DNA of 32,000 nt. It comes from Candidatus Saccharimonadales bacterium (GTDB lineage Bacteria > Patescibacteriota > Saccharimonadia > Saccharimonadales > UBA4665). The position numbers and the translations under genes were made by a program. Below the pieces are notes generated by a model. The model had not been told where the DNA came from. It saw nothing but the letters and a program-made list of their open reading frames with translations, and searched no databases. The stretch covers positions 27,878 to 59,877 of the forward strand of contig DATIJT010000022.1 of NCBI GenBank assembly GCA_035478435.1, written 5' to 3'. The stretch's first letter is position 1, and every line of letters starts with the position of its first letter. Shown here piece by piece: positions 16,712 through 24,168 of the stretch.

Positions 16712-17614
16712 ATGGGTTTTCCAAAGACTTTTTCAGAAGTTAAATCGACGGCTAATTTATACTTGGATTTGGCTCGACCTTATAATGCCTTACCCGCGTT
16801 ACTGTCATTCGCAATTGGCTATTATTTTTATAAACCGCCGTCCGCTTGGTTCGATTTCCTTATCGGGTTTACGGTGGTAGCTTTGTTGCATTCGGCCTTC
16901 ACTATGCAAAACGACCTTTACGATATGGACGTTGACAAGGCTAACAAAAGGCAGACGCCTCTAATGAATGGATTGATACCAGTCGCTTCTTTACGCCAGG
17001 TTATTATCAACTTATTCTTCGTTTCGCTGGTAATTTCTTGGTTTAGTTCTAACAAGCTGTATTGCCTTATTTTTGTCCTGGCATATGCCGGTATTGCTTG
17101 GGCATACAATAGTCGTCCCTTTTCGGGTTCAAGACGGCCGATTATTTCTATCTTATTGCTGGGACTATTTTATACGCTGTTGCCATTATCATTTGGTTTG
17201 GCACTCGGTAACAATAATCCCACGACTGGGTTTGTGGTGTTTTGCCTGCTAATGACAGTTATCCGCTTTTCGATTTCAATTTTAAAAGATTTTAAAGATG
17301 CAACCGGCGATAGAAAACACCGTAAACGTACTTTCTACTTGGCTTTTGGTAGAAAACCAACTATTGTCGTGAGCAATTTACTAGGATGGATAGGCTACTC
17401 GCTGGTTAGCTTGATGCTCGCGCGCCGTTTTTTTGGGAAATTACCTTTAGCCCTAATCTATTTAATAATTTTCGTCGCGATTGTAAATATTATTAACAGA
17501 ACAAGCCTATTTAGAACTAGTAATGAGAAAACCTTGACCAGGATATTCCAGAAAAGTTTTACTGCTGAAAGCTATTTTGAAGCTATGATTTTAGTATGCT
17601 TAATTTCCTTGTAG
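16712..17614 (+). CDS. UbiA-family prenyltransferase
   Basis: First Asp-rich motif NDLYDMDVDKAN and second KDFKDATGDRKH. About 8-9 TM segments. Substrate cannot be inferred. Confidence 0.75.
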   Translation: MGFPKTFSEVKSTANLYLDLARPYNALPALLSFAIGYYFYKPPSAWFDFLIGFTVVALLHSAFTMQNDLYDMDVDKANKRQTPLMNGLIPVASLRQVIINLFFVSLVISWFSSNKLYCLIFVLAYAGIAWAYNSRPFSGSRRPIISILLLGLFYTLLPLSFGLALGNNNPTTGFVVFCLLMTVIRFSISILKDFKDATGDRKHRKRTFYLAFGRKPTIVVSNLLGWIGYSLVSLMLARRFFGKLPLALIYLIIFVAIVNIINRTSLFRTSNEKTLTRIFQKSFTAESYFEAMILVCLISL

Positions 17615-18285
17615 AACTTTTGCTTACCTACTTGTTCGTGCAGGGTTGGATTATTGCCTTCATGCTGCCTTTCTACCTTTGGTACAGGTATCGTCACCAG
17701 GAAGATAATGATCCCAATCATAGCTTTAGCAACCGTTTGGAAAAATTCTTTTTAAGTAAGCAAGCAAATTATTTAGTATTTTTTTGGGCGTTGGGCGAAG
17801 CCTTAGTGTGGTTTGTGATACCGGAATTCCTCCTGCTTTTGGTGGTATTCATGAGAATTCGGCGAAAAAAGGAGTTGCTGGTTTATGATGTGGCGGGTAC
17901 GGTCACCGGTACGGTGCTAGCATTTATAGTAAGCGTTCCAGATCGATTTATTTACAGCCTGCCCTATATCCAAGAAAGAATGATTAGCCTTACCCATTCT
18001 TGGTACGACAGGTTAGGCGTTTGGGGGTTACTTTACCAGCCCTTCTCGGGAGTACCTTATAAAGTATTTACCTTAATGGCGCATCAATATCATTTCTTCT
18101 TGCCCTACTTTATTGTTGTTGCCGTTCTGGTACGCATGAGCCGTTACTTTGTTGCGTATGGCTTGTTCGCAGCAATCTATCCTGGGCTTCACAGGCGGGT
18201 GAGAAGTAATTATGTCTGGCTTTTCTTGATAGCCACATTTATTTTCTCCGCGCTGCTTTTGAAAGTTTATAACTCATTCGCATAG
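17596..18285 (+). CDS. hypothetical membrane protein (possibly YqaA/DedA-like)
   Basis: 229 aa. The LGEALVWFVIPEFLLLLV segment weakly resembles the DedA/YqaA E..f.iP.e.ll motif. Overlaps the UbiA gene by 19 nt. Confidence 0.4.
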   Translation: MLNFLVELLLTYLFVQGWIIAFMLPFYLWYRYRHQEDNDPNHSFSNRLEKFFLSKQANYLVFFWALGEALVWFVIPEFLLLLVVFMRIRRKKELLVYDVAGTVTGTVLAFIVSVPDRFIYSLPYIQERMISLTHSWYDRLGVWGLLYQPFSGVPYKVFTLMAHQYHFFLPYFIVVAVLVRMSRYFVAYGLFAAIYPGLHRRVRSNYVWLFLIATFIFSALLLKVYNSFA

Positions 18286-18356
18286 CAAAGTCGACTTACT
18301 TGTAGATGTTGGCCCTTCTATAATTATTAGTTTCATTCGTATAAGTGTATACCTAC

Positions 18357-19559
18357 TTACGCGTCCAGCGCTTTGAAGCGTTCTTTGCTCACGACTAGGG
18401 CGCCGACTACGGCAAGTAGGAAAATAATCTGGAAACTTGCCTTGCCGTATCCGGCTGAGGTCAAAAGGTAGAACACCAGCCAGATAAGGCTTTTCTGGAC
18501 GTAAGACACTAGCTCCATAATCGTTAGATAGGCAATGCGGAAACCTTCATAGGAGCTGGCGGCATCGAAGATGCCTTTGGTAAAAGTCAGGCTAACGCCC
18601 ACCTCTAAGGGGCTATAAGCCAGGTTAAACAAATAAGCTCCGCTGGCGGCATTTACTAGCGGACGCATGGCGTGCATGGCGGCTTCGCCAATTGTCGAAT
18701 AGCGTAGCAGCTTGCGGCCTTTGCGGTTATCTATAATCTGGCCGTAGGCCTTGGCCACTGCTATTGATACCAGCAGGCCAATCGATGTTACCAGCCCCAC
18801 GCTCAAATAGACATCTTTCTGGAATACAAAAACCGCTATGAATAAAGGCCACAGTACACCTTGGGTTACTATGTCGAAGCTCCAGCCGGCGGCAGCCACC
18901 ATATCCCATTTGATGTCTCGCCACGGCATGCCCCTAAAGTGTACCTTCTGATGCTTCCGGACCGGTTCGGCACTCATAGCCAGCGGGATAACACTTAAGA
19001 CTATTAGAACAAAGGCCAGCCAAAGAGCGTAGTTAATGCCGTATCTGTTAGCCACAAAGCCGCCCAGGAAAGGCCCAGCCGCGGCGGCTATTTGGGCCCA
19101 GCGGTAGACGATGCTTATTTGCCTGCCTTCCTGTTTAGGGTCTTTCAATTTGGAGAAACTGGTGTGGAAAGGTATGAAGTACATGACATAGCTGCTGCCA
19201 TCTATGGTCGCGATCAACCACAAAGGCCAGCCGTAAGTCGGCAACGTCACCAGCAGAATCATTTTGACCATCAGCAAGGCATAACTGACTACCATAATGT
19301 GCTTAGGCCCAAAGCGGCCGACCAGTTTGCCGACCACTACTGCCTCAGCTGCCCGGACAGCGTAGTGGATCAGGTGATACAAAGCAATTTGGCTAAACGA
19401 AAAACCCAGCTTATAAAGATACACCGGCACGAATACATTGACGACGCTTAGGGCTAAAGTCTTGATGGTAGTACTGGTGTAGAGTTCGCTAAGTTCACTG
19501 AAACTCGCCCGCTTCCAGGAACGGCTGTAGTGCAAAAGGTAGTTGAAGTGTCTTAGCAT
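18357..19559 (-). CDS. MFS-type transporter
   Basis: 400 aa with about 12 TM segments and a central loop between the two halves. Confidence 0.6.
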   Translation of the reverse strand: MLRHFNYLLHYSRSWKRASFSELSELYTSTTIKTLALSVVNVFVPVYLYKLGFSFSQIALYHLIHYAVRAAEAVVVGKLVGRFGPKHIMVVSYALLMVKMILLVTLPTYGWPLWLIATIDGSSYVMYFIPFHTSFSKLKDPKQEGRQISIVYRWAQIAAAAGPFLGGFVANRYGINYALWLAFVLIVLSVIPLAMSAEPVRKHQKVHFRGMPWRDIKWDMVAAAGWSFDIVTQGVLWPLFIAVFVFQKDVYLSVGLVTSIGLLVSIAVAKAYGQIIDNRKGRKLLRYSTIGEAAMHAMRPLVNAASGAYLFNLAYSPLEVGVSLTFTKGIFDAASSYEGFRIAYLTIMELVSYVQKSLIWLVFYLLTSAGYGKASFQIIFLLAVVGALVVSKERFKALDA

Positions 19560-19639
19560 TTTGGTTTGTTAGTCTATTCAAAGTATAGCAAGTCCCTATA
19601 TTTGTTTTAGGTAAGCTATTATGTTATAATTATGGTGTT

Positions 19640-19972
19640 ATGAGTTATGTTGAAGGCGGTTGTTTAATATCTACCAACTCTGCTGGCGAGGTTTGTAGTG
19701 GCGATAAGCCCGTACTGCAATGCCCTACTACCAGAGAATTGGCAGTAGCGGCGATGGGCCAGAAGATCCTTACTCAAGAAAGTGGTAAGCGGTGGCATTC
19801 GGGCAACGCCCAATGTCATAAGCTTTGTGGCGATTGTGGCAAGGAAGCTGGCGTTGCAGTAGTCACGGTTGATGGCCGCGTAACTGAAGAGTTATGTTTT
19901 GTATTCTCAGAACCTCGTACAGAAGAAGAATTAGAGGCCATGTCTTCGGGACCTGGGGATATAGAAAGTTAA
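19640..19972 (+). CDS. hypothetical Cys-rich small protein
   Basis: 110 aa with 8 Cys, including CHKLCGDC. TATAAT sits 9 nt before the ATG. Confidence 0.45.
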   Translation: MSYVEGGCLISTNSAGEVCSGDKPVLQCPTTRELAVAAMGQKILTQESGKRWHSGNAQCHKLCGDCGKEAGVAVVTVDGRVTEELCFVFSEPRTEEELEAMSSGPGDIES

Positions 19973-19973
19973 A

Positions 19974-20453
19974 ATGCCCTTCCGATCGTATGTAGAAACA
20001 GTCGAAGCAAAGGGTTGGTCCCTATACGACGTTACCAAAAGTGTACCGACTGAAACTTGGGAGGAGCGTCAGCAGCATGGCCCGGTAGAAGCTGTAGAAG
20101 AAGGTGGGATGTATTTGTTCAGTCCCCAAGTTCAACCTGGCCAAACCCTAAGAGACGCTTATTCAATTACTGAGGGATTAGGGCCTTGTTTGAAAATTAG
20201 AGACGCGAATTCTTCAGAGTATAGTGGTTTAGCCTTAGCTTTTTCTACAAGACTAGCTATTTTCACACGACTACTACTAGGAAAATCGGGAGTTGTCCTA
20301 TTTACCCCCAAAACACCTCACCTTCCCATAAGTGATGCCGTAATTTTATCTGCCGCCACAGCTGAGGCCACATTTGCCAGAGACTTCTACATTATTAGCC
20401 CCGAAGATTTTGAACAAGAAGTTCGCTACATGGATTCAGAATTTCGCGTTTAG
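19974..20453 (+). CDS. hypothetical protein, tightly coupled to 19640 gene
   Basis: 159 aa. ATG lies 1 nt after the upstream stop. Confidence 0.45.
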   Translation: MPFRSYVETVEAKGWSLYDVTKSVPTETWEERQQHGPVEAVEEGGMYLFSPQVQPGQTLRDAYSITEGLGPCLKIRDANSSEYSGLALAFSTRLAIFTRLLLGKSGVVLFTPKTPHLPISDAVILSAATAEATFARDFYIISPEDFEQEVRYMDSEFRV

Positions 20454-20502
20454 CTTAAGCACTACTTGCGAAAGGGCTTACAGCTATAAATGAAGTCTTA
20501 CT

Positions 20503-20538
20503 AATAAGAAAACCGCCCCCGGAGATTTCCAGAGGCGG
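20503..20538 (-). terminator. intrinsic terminator readable on the minus strand
   Basis: 10-bp stem 20513-20522 / 20529-20538. On the minus strand it contains two G-U pairs that would be A-C mismatches on the plus strand. It is followed on the minus strand by TTTTCTTATT. Confidence 0.6.
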
Positions 20539-20685
20539 CTAAGGTATTCCGCCTACTTAGGCAGGCGAACAATCAGAAGGGGGTCAGGTGACGCGTACCT
20601 CCCACGCCACAGTAATATCACTGGCCTGCCCGTTAGATCTAGGACTTCGCAATTTGGATTACCCCCTTTCTGTTTTTAGTTTCTA
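20503..20685 (-). ncRNA. candidate ~170-180 nt small RNA of unknown class
   Basis: Minus-strand TATAAT (plus 20690-20695) upstream and the terminator at 20503-20538 downstream. Internal long-range helix 20574-20584 / 20661-20672. No ORF. Confidence 0.35.
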
Positions 20686-20754
20686 ATTACATTATAGCGC
20701 CTTTGTCCAGACTTAAATTAAGCTGTATGATAGAAGCATAAATTAAGGGGCGAT

Positions 20755-21387
20755 ATGATCAGTAAATTAGATTTTGTGAAAAATAAATGGTTTATGTTCG
20801 GCGCCGGGATTTTAATTGGCGCGCTGCTAATTTTAACCATTCGTTTCTTCTCTTACGGACCGGCCCATACTCATTACCATGCTAACTTCGCGGTTTACAT
20901 TAACGGCCGGCGCGAGGAGTTCAAAAGCCCGAAATATTACGAGGAAGAAGCGGCCTGCACTGACGAAAGCAACATAAGCACGCCTCAGGAACGCGCCCAT
21001 ATGCATGACCAGATAAATTCAGTCATCCACGTCCACGACCATGCCACCACTTGGGGCCAATTCTTTGAAAACCTGGGCTGGGTGGTCGGACCAAACTTTA
21101 TCCAGAATGCCGATGGCCAGCTAAACGTAGCCACCGATCAAGCTAAGCTGCACATTTTGCTAAATGGCCAAGATTATACCGATTTAACACCGATAACCAA
21201 TATGGTCATCAAAGACGAAGACCGCTTGCTGGTCAGCTACGGCGACGAAAGCGACAGCAACCTTCAAGCAGAGTATAAATCCGTTCCAAGCACTGCCCAC
21301 CACTACGACATCACTAAAGACCCGGCCTCTTGCTCCGGCAGTGAAAATGTTAGCCTAAAAGACCGTTTCAAACACTTATTTAACTAA
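20755..21387 (+). CDS. membrane-anchored His-rich extracytoplasmic protein (hypothetical)
   Basis: N-terminal TM segment. HTHYHANFAVYINGRRE, HMHD and IHVHDH clusters. AAGGGG SD. Confidence 0.55.
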   Translation: MISKLDFVKNKWFMFGAGILIGALLILTIRFFSYGPAHTHYHANFAVYINGRREEFKSPKYYEEEAACTDESNISTPQERAHMHDQINSVIHVHDHATTWGQFFENLGWVVGPNFIQNADGQLNVATDQAKLHILLNGQDYTDLTPITNMVIKDEDRLLVSYGDESDSNLQAEYKSVPSTAHHYDITKDPASCSGSENVSLKDRFKHLFN

Positions 21388-21391
21388 ACCG

Positions 21392-22015
21392 ATGACTTCA
21401 GCCCGCTACCTTCAAATTACAGCGTGGTCTTTAAGCTTTATTGTCTGCTTATTGGCCGTGCTGGCCTGGGGCCAAAGCTATTTGTGGCACATATCTAGCA
21501 GTTACCAATGGTTTCCACTGCTTGGGCTACTGGCCTTTAGCCTGATGTGGACACATTATATTTCTTCAGTTTTGCGCCAACGGCTGGGCTTGGAAAGAGT
21601 GGTGCTGGCAAAGTATTTTGAATGGACTAGCTGGGCTGTGCTAGTCGCCCTGTTCTTGCATCCTGGCATTCTGATCTGGCAAAGGTTTCGGGACGGTTAC
21701 GGTTTGCCGCCCCACAGTTATGAATCATATGTGGCGCCTAGCATGGCCTGGATAACACTGCTCGGTTCGGTTAATCTTTTTATTTTTCTGGCTTATGAGC
21801 TAAGGCGACTATTCGGCCAAAGGCCCTGGTGGAAATACATGCAGCAGCTCACCGATTTAGCTATGTTGGGCGCCTTTTACCACGGTTTGCGCTTAGGTGG
21901 CACTATCCAGCTCCCATGGTTCAAACCCATCTGGTATTTTTATGGCCTAAGCCTAGTTGGTTGCCTGATTTACATTTACCGGGCCAAATTTAAATCCAAT
22001 AAAATTCTTAGTTAA
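21392..22015 (+). CDS. hypothetical 6-TM membrane protein with conserved-looking His residues
   Basis: 207 aa. His residues lie within or next to TM segments (WTHY, FLHPG, FYHG). Starts 4 nt after the upstream stop. Confidence 0.5.
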   Translation: MTSARYLQITAWSLSFIVCLLAVLAWGQSYLWHISSSYQWFPLLGLLAFSLMWTHYISSVLRQRLGLERVVLAKYFEWTSWAVLVALFLHPGILIWQRFRDGYGLPPHSYESYVAPSMAWITLLGSVNLFIFLAYELRRLFGQRPWWKYMQQLTDLAMLGAFYHGLRLGGTIQLPWFKPIWYFYGLSLVGCLIYIYRAKFKSNKILS

Positions 22016-22028
22016 TTTCGCTAATAAA

Positions 22029-22055
22029 AAAGATCCGGGAGCGACCCGGATCTTT
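22029..22055. terminator. bidirectional intrinsic terminator
   Basis: AAAGATCCGGG-AGCGA-CCCGGATCTTT with an A-run upstream and T-run downstream. Serves the 21392 gene (+) and the 29-aa ORF (-). Confidence 0.8.
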
Positions 22056-22076
22056 GTTGAATTGAAACTTAAAATA

Positions 22077-22166
22077 TTATAGTTTCTTCAGGATTTTATC
22101 GATACTTAAAATATCCTTGTTGGTTGTACTGGCAAATTCGTATGCCAGTCCTTTTAACAGCTTCAT
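22077..22166 (-). CDS. 29-aa small protein MKLLKGLAYEFASTTNKDILSIDKILKKL
   Basis: Below the ORF-track cutoff. AAAGGAGG lies 7 nt before the ATG. Has its own near-consensus promoter and shares the terminator at 22029-22055. Confidence 0.5.
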   Translation of the reverse strand: MKLLKGLAYEFASTTNKDILSIDKILKKL

Positions 22167-22231
22167 TCTCAAGCCTCCTTTTATTTTTGATTAGTTGATA
22201 TTTTTTGTTTTGTGATCACGCAACACTTTAC

Positions 22232-22259
22232 ATTATACACTTTTTTGCTTTTTTGTCAA
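22232..22259 (-). promoter_or_regulatory. near-consensus sigma70 promoter TTGACA-16-TATAAT (minus strand)
   Basis: Plus-strand TGTCAA 22254-22259 and ATTATA 22232-22237. Would give a leader of about 58 nt to the 29-aa ORF. Confidence 0.6.
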
Positions 22260-22562
22260 ATTACTCGCGTATGGTTTTTGTGTTTTTTGCGCTTATGTAA
22301 ACCATGCTACACTCACCTAAATGCTTATGCAACACAAAAAACCAAAATTTAAGATATTTCTTAAAGCGCAGGCTCCCAGCCTGCAGCGATGGGTGAATTA
22401 ACCGGCCCAACTCTTGATGTATTCAAAATGCTTATAGTTGCATTTTATTGTGAATAGGTAAATAATGTTAATTAATAAGTCATTAGGGCTTTGATCACCT
22501 TTAACGGCGCACCAAGTAGCACTAAGCGGCTTGAGGTTAGAAACGTTAAATGGGAGGACAAA

Positions 22563-22769
22563 ATGTCTTCGGGGCACAAACCAAACCATGACAAATACTA
22601 CAGACACAATAGTTTTACTAACCATTATCTGAGTCACGAGGAAGAGCCGGCCGATCATCTTTCCGGCCTGACGGCCCATGAGCTACACAACGGGCCGTTC
22701 AGCAACCGCTACTTTTTGAAGCGGCGAGTTTGGCGAAACGCCCGCAAACTAAGACGCCACCCTATATAA
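22563..22769 (+). CDS. hypothetical 68-aa His-rich basic protein
   Basis: Internal start chosen because GGGAGG lies 6 nt upstream. The longer 22491 start lacks an SD. Overlaps an alternative minus ORF, which is rejected. Confidence 0.4.
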   Translation: MSSGHKPNHDKYYRHNSFTNHYLSHEEEPADHLSGLTAHELHNGPFSNRYFLKRRVWRNARKLRRHPI

Positions 22770-22801
22770 TTTTTAAAGTATATAATTGTGTAATAATTTA
22801 C

Positions 22802-23431
22802 ATGTCAGCTTTTGAGTGCGTGAAACCAACAGTAATATATGACGATCTTGACACCAGGGTAGCTGATTTTACTTTCGATTTTGATGCCTTCTATGATATG
22901 GCAAGGAGTGCTGGCTTAAACCGTGATGATATAGCCTCTTACACCCTTGAGTATCCCTCAACAGTCCCTAGGAATGGTAGGTGTGGAGATTATTCTATCC
23001 GCAGACGTTTAGCAAGAATATACGTTGGAAGCTACATAGAAAGAAATGCGACACTCATGAATGACGATTCAGATGTTGCCTTAGTTTTTGTATCCTCAGC
23101 TGTATCAAGGGGTGTAAATGATACCACAATTCACGAAACAGGTCATCACGTCGACTATTCTACAAATGGAGAGGGTAAAAACCGTTCTCGAATACACGCA
23201 GCTACACTAGCTGGTTGTTCTGCTGTTACGCTTGGGGCAGGTTTCTTATTAGAAAATCCTCTTGCCATGGGCGTACAGTTACTAGGCTTAGGGGCTATTA
23301 TTGGTAAATCTGTTAGATATCTGGGATATTCCAATCGCCCGCAGGAAGTTGTAGCCACAAAATTTGAGAGGGCTAATGCCTCTTTATATCAGATTACAAG
23401 ATTATCGCTGAATAAAAGTATATTTACTTAG
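22802..23431 (+). CDS. putative membrane-anchored zinc metallopeptidase (HExxH)
   Basis: Start taken at MSAFECV. HETGHH motif followed by two C-terminal hydrophobic segments. Low GC relative to neighbours. Confidence 0.5.
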   Translation: MSAFECVKPTVIYDDLDTRVADFTFDFDAFYDMARSAGLNRDDIASYTLEYPSTVPRNGRCGDYSIRRRLARIYVGSYIERNATLMNDDSDVALVFVSSAVSRGVNDTTIHETGHHVDYSTNGEGKNRSRIHAATLAGCSAVTLGAGFLLENPLAMGVQLLGLGAIIGKSVRYLGYSNRPQEVVATKFERANASLYQITRLSLNKSIFT

Positions 23432-23439
23432 AAAAAGCG

Positions 23440-23515
23440 TGGTGGGGGTGGATGGAGTTGAACCATCTACCAAGCGGTTATGAGCCGCCTGCTCTGACCG
23501 ATGAGCTACACCCCC
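23440..23515 (-). tRNA. tRNA with CAU anticodon, probably tRNA-Ile2 (lysidine-modified), CCA encoded
   Basis: Reverse complement folds as acceptor GGGGGTG/CACCCCC, anticodon loop CTCATAA, T arm GATGG-TTCAACT-CCATC. The anticodon arm GCAGGCGGCTCATAACCGCTTGGT closely resembles E. coli ileX as I recall it. Confidence 0.85.
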
Positions 23516-23516
23516 A

Positions 23517-23642
23517 GGCGTCGCAATGAGACGCCAGCTTCCGTTGCAGCAAAACTAGCTAAAGCTACTTTTGCTGAACTACAGCTTTTGTCGACTGCTC
23601 CTTACAAAACTTCAAACAGCTAAAGCTTGGTTTGAAGTTTTG
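23517..23642. repeat. three hairpins upstream of the tRNA 5' end; two share the apex AGCTAAAGCT
   Basis: H1 23517-23535 (6 bp). H2 23547-23576 (8+4 bp). H3 23605-23642 (13 bp perfect). The H2 and H3 stems differ, but both loops contain AGCTAAAGCT. Confidence 0.8.
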
Positions 23643-23709
23643 GTTTTGCAACAGAGGTGATTATATCAGATTAAGCCGCATAGTTATATAATGTTAGAAC
23701 TATTTAGAT

Positions 23710-24168
23710 ATGCAAAACAAACTTAAACATTACGCTAAAGTGGCTGCTGCTTATGGGTTGCAGCTCAAAGATCCCAAGTATATTGGGCAGCTATTGTTTT
23801 TGGTAATTGTATTGCTCATAAGTTGGAGCGGCGTCAAAGCCATTCAGACTAATTACGGATTGCAAAAACGCATCTCGGCCTTAGAACAACAAAATGCCGT
23901 TAAAAAGCTGGAGAATGCGAATTTGAACCTTCAGAACGAATACTACAATACCGACCAGTACTTGGAGTTATCAGCCCGACAGAACTTCGGTTTGGCGGCC
24001 CCAGGTGAAAAAGAGATAGTGGTACCCGAAAACGTAGCTTTGGCCTACACCGTGGACTTAGCCCAGCCTACCAAACCAGCCACGCCTACCAGCAAGCAAC
24101 CAGTCTACCAACGCAATTTTGAAGCCTGGGTCAACTTTTTCCTCCACCGCCCAGTAAGCGGTGATTAA
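23710..24168 (+). CDS. septum formation initiator family protein (FtsB/DivIC-like)
   Basis: Single N-terminal TM segment, a coiled-coil (LQKRISALEQQNAVKKLENANLNLQNE), then YLELSARQNFGLAAPGEKEIVV, typical of the FtsB/DivIC family. Confidence 0.7.
   Translation: MQNKLKHYAKVAAAYGLQLKDPKYIGQLLFLVIVLLISWSGVKAIQTNYGLQKRISALEQQNAVKKLENANLNLQNEYYNTDQYLELSARQNFGLAAPGEKEIVVPENVALAYTVDLAQPTKPATPTSKQPVYQRNFEAWVNFFLHRPVSGD

Noticed and set aside
20574-20672. SRP (4.5S) RNA, suggested by GGGGGTCAGGTGACGCGT resembling part of E. coli 4.5S RNA, or 6S RNA.
   Set aside because: The diagnostic helix-8 elements (a GGAA-type tetraloop flanked by AGG and AGCA loops) are absent on both strands, and no 6S-like central bubble with long closing stem is present. 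Left as an unclassified candidate.
22385-22405. Possible distal direct repeat of the tRNA 3' end (GATGGGTGAATTAACC versus GATGGAGTTGAACC) bounding the low-GC islet.
   Set aside because: The alignment is too poor to distinguish from chance, so no att-like repeat is claimed for this islet.
22398-22679. Minus-strand 93-aa ORF in the AT-rich islet, and the long form (22491) of the plus-strand ORF.
   Set aside because: There is no SD or promoter. It overlaps the plus-strand 68-aa ORF, which does have GGGAGG correctly spaced. Confidence in either ORF is low.
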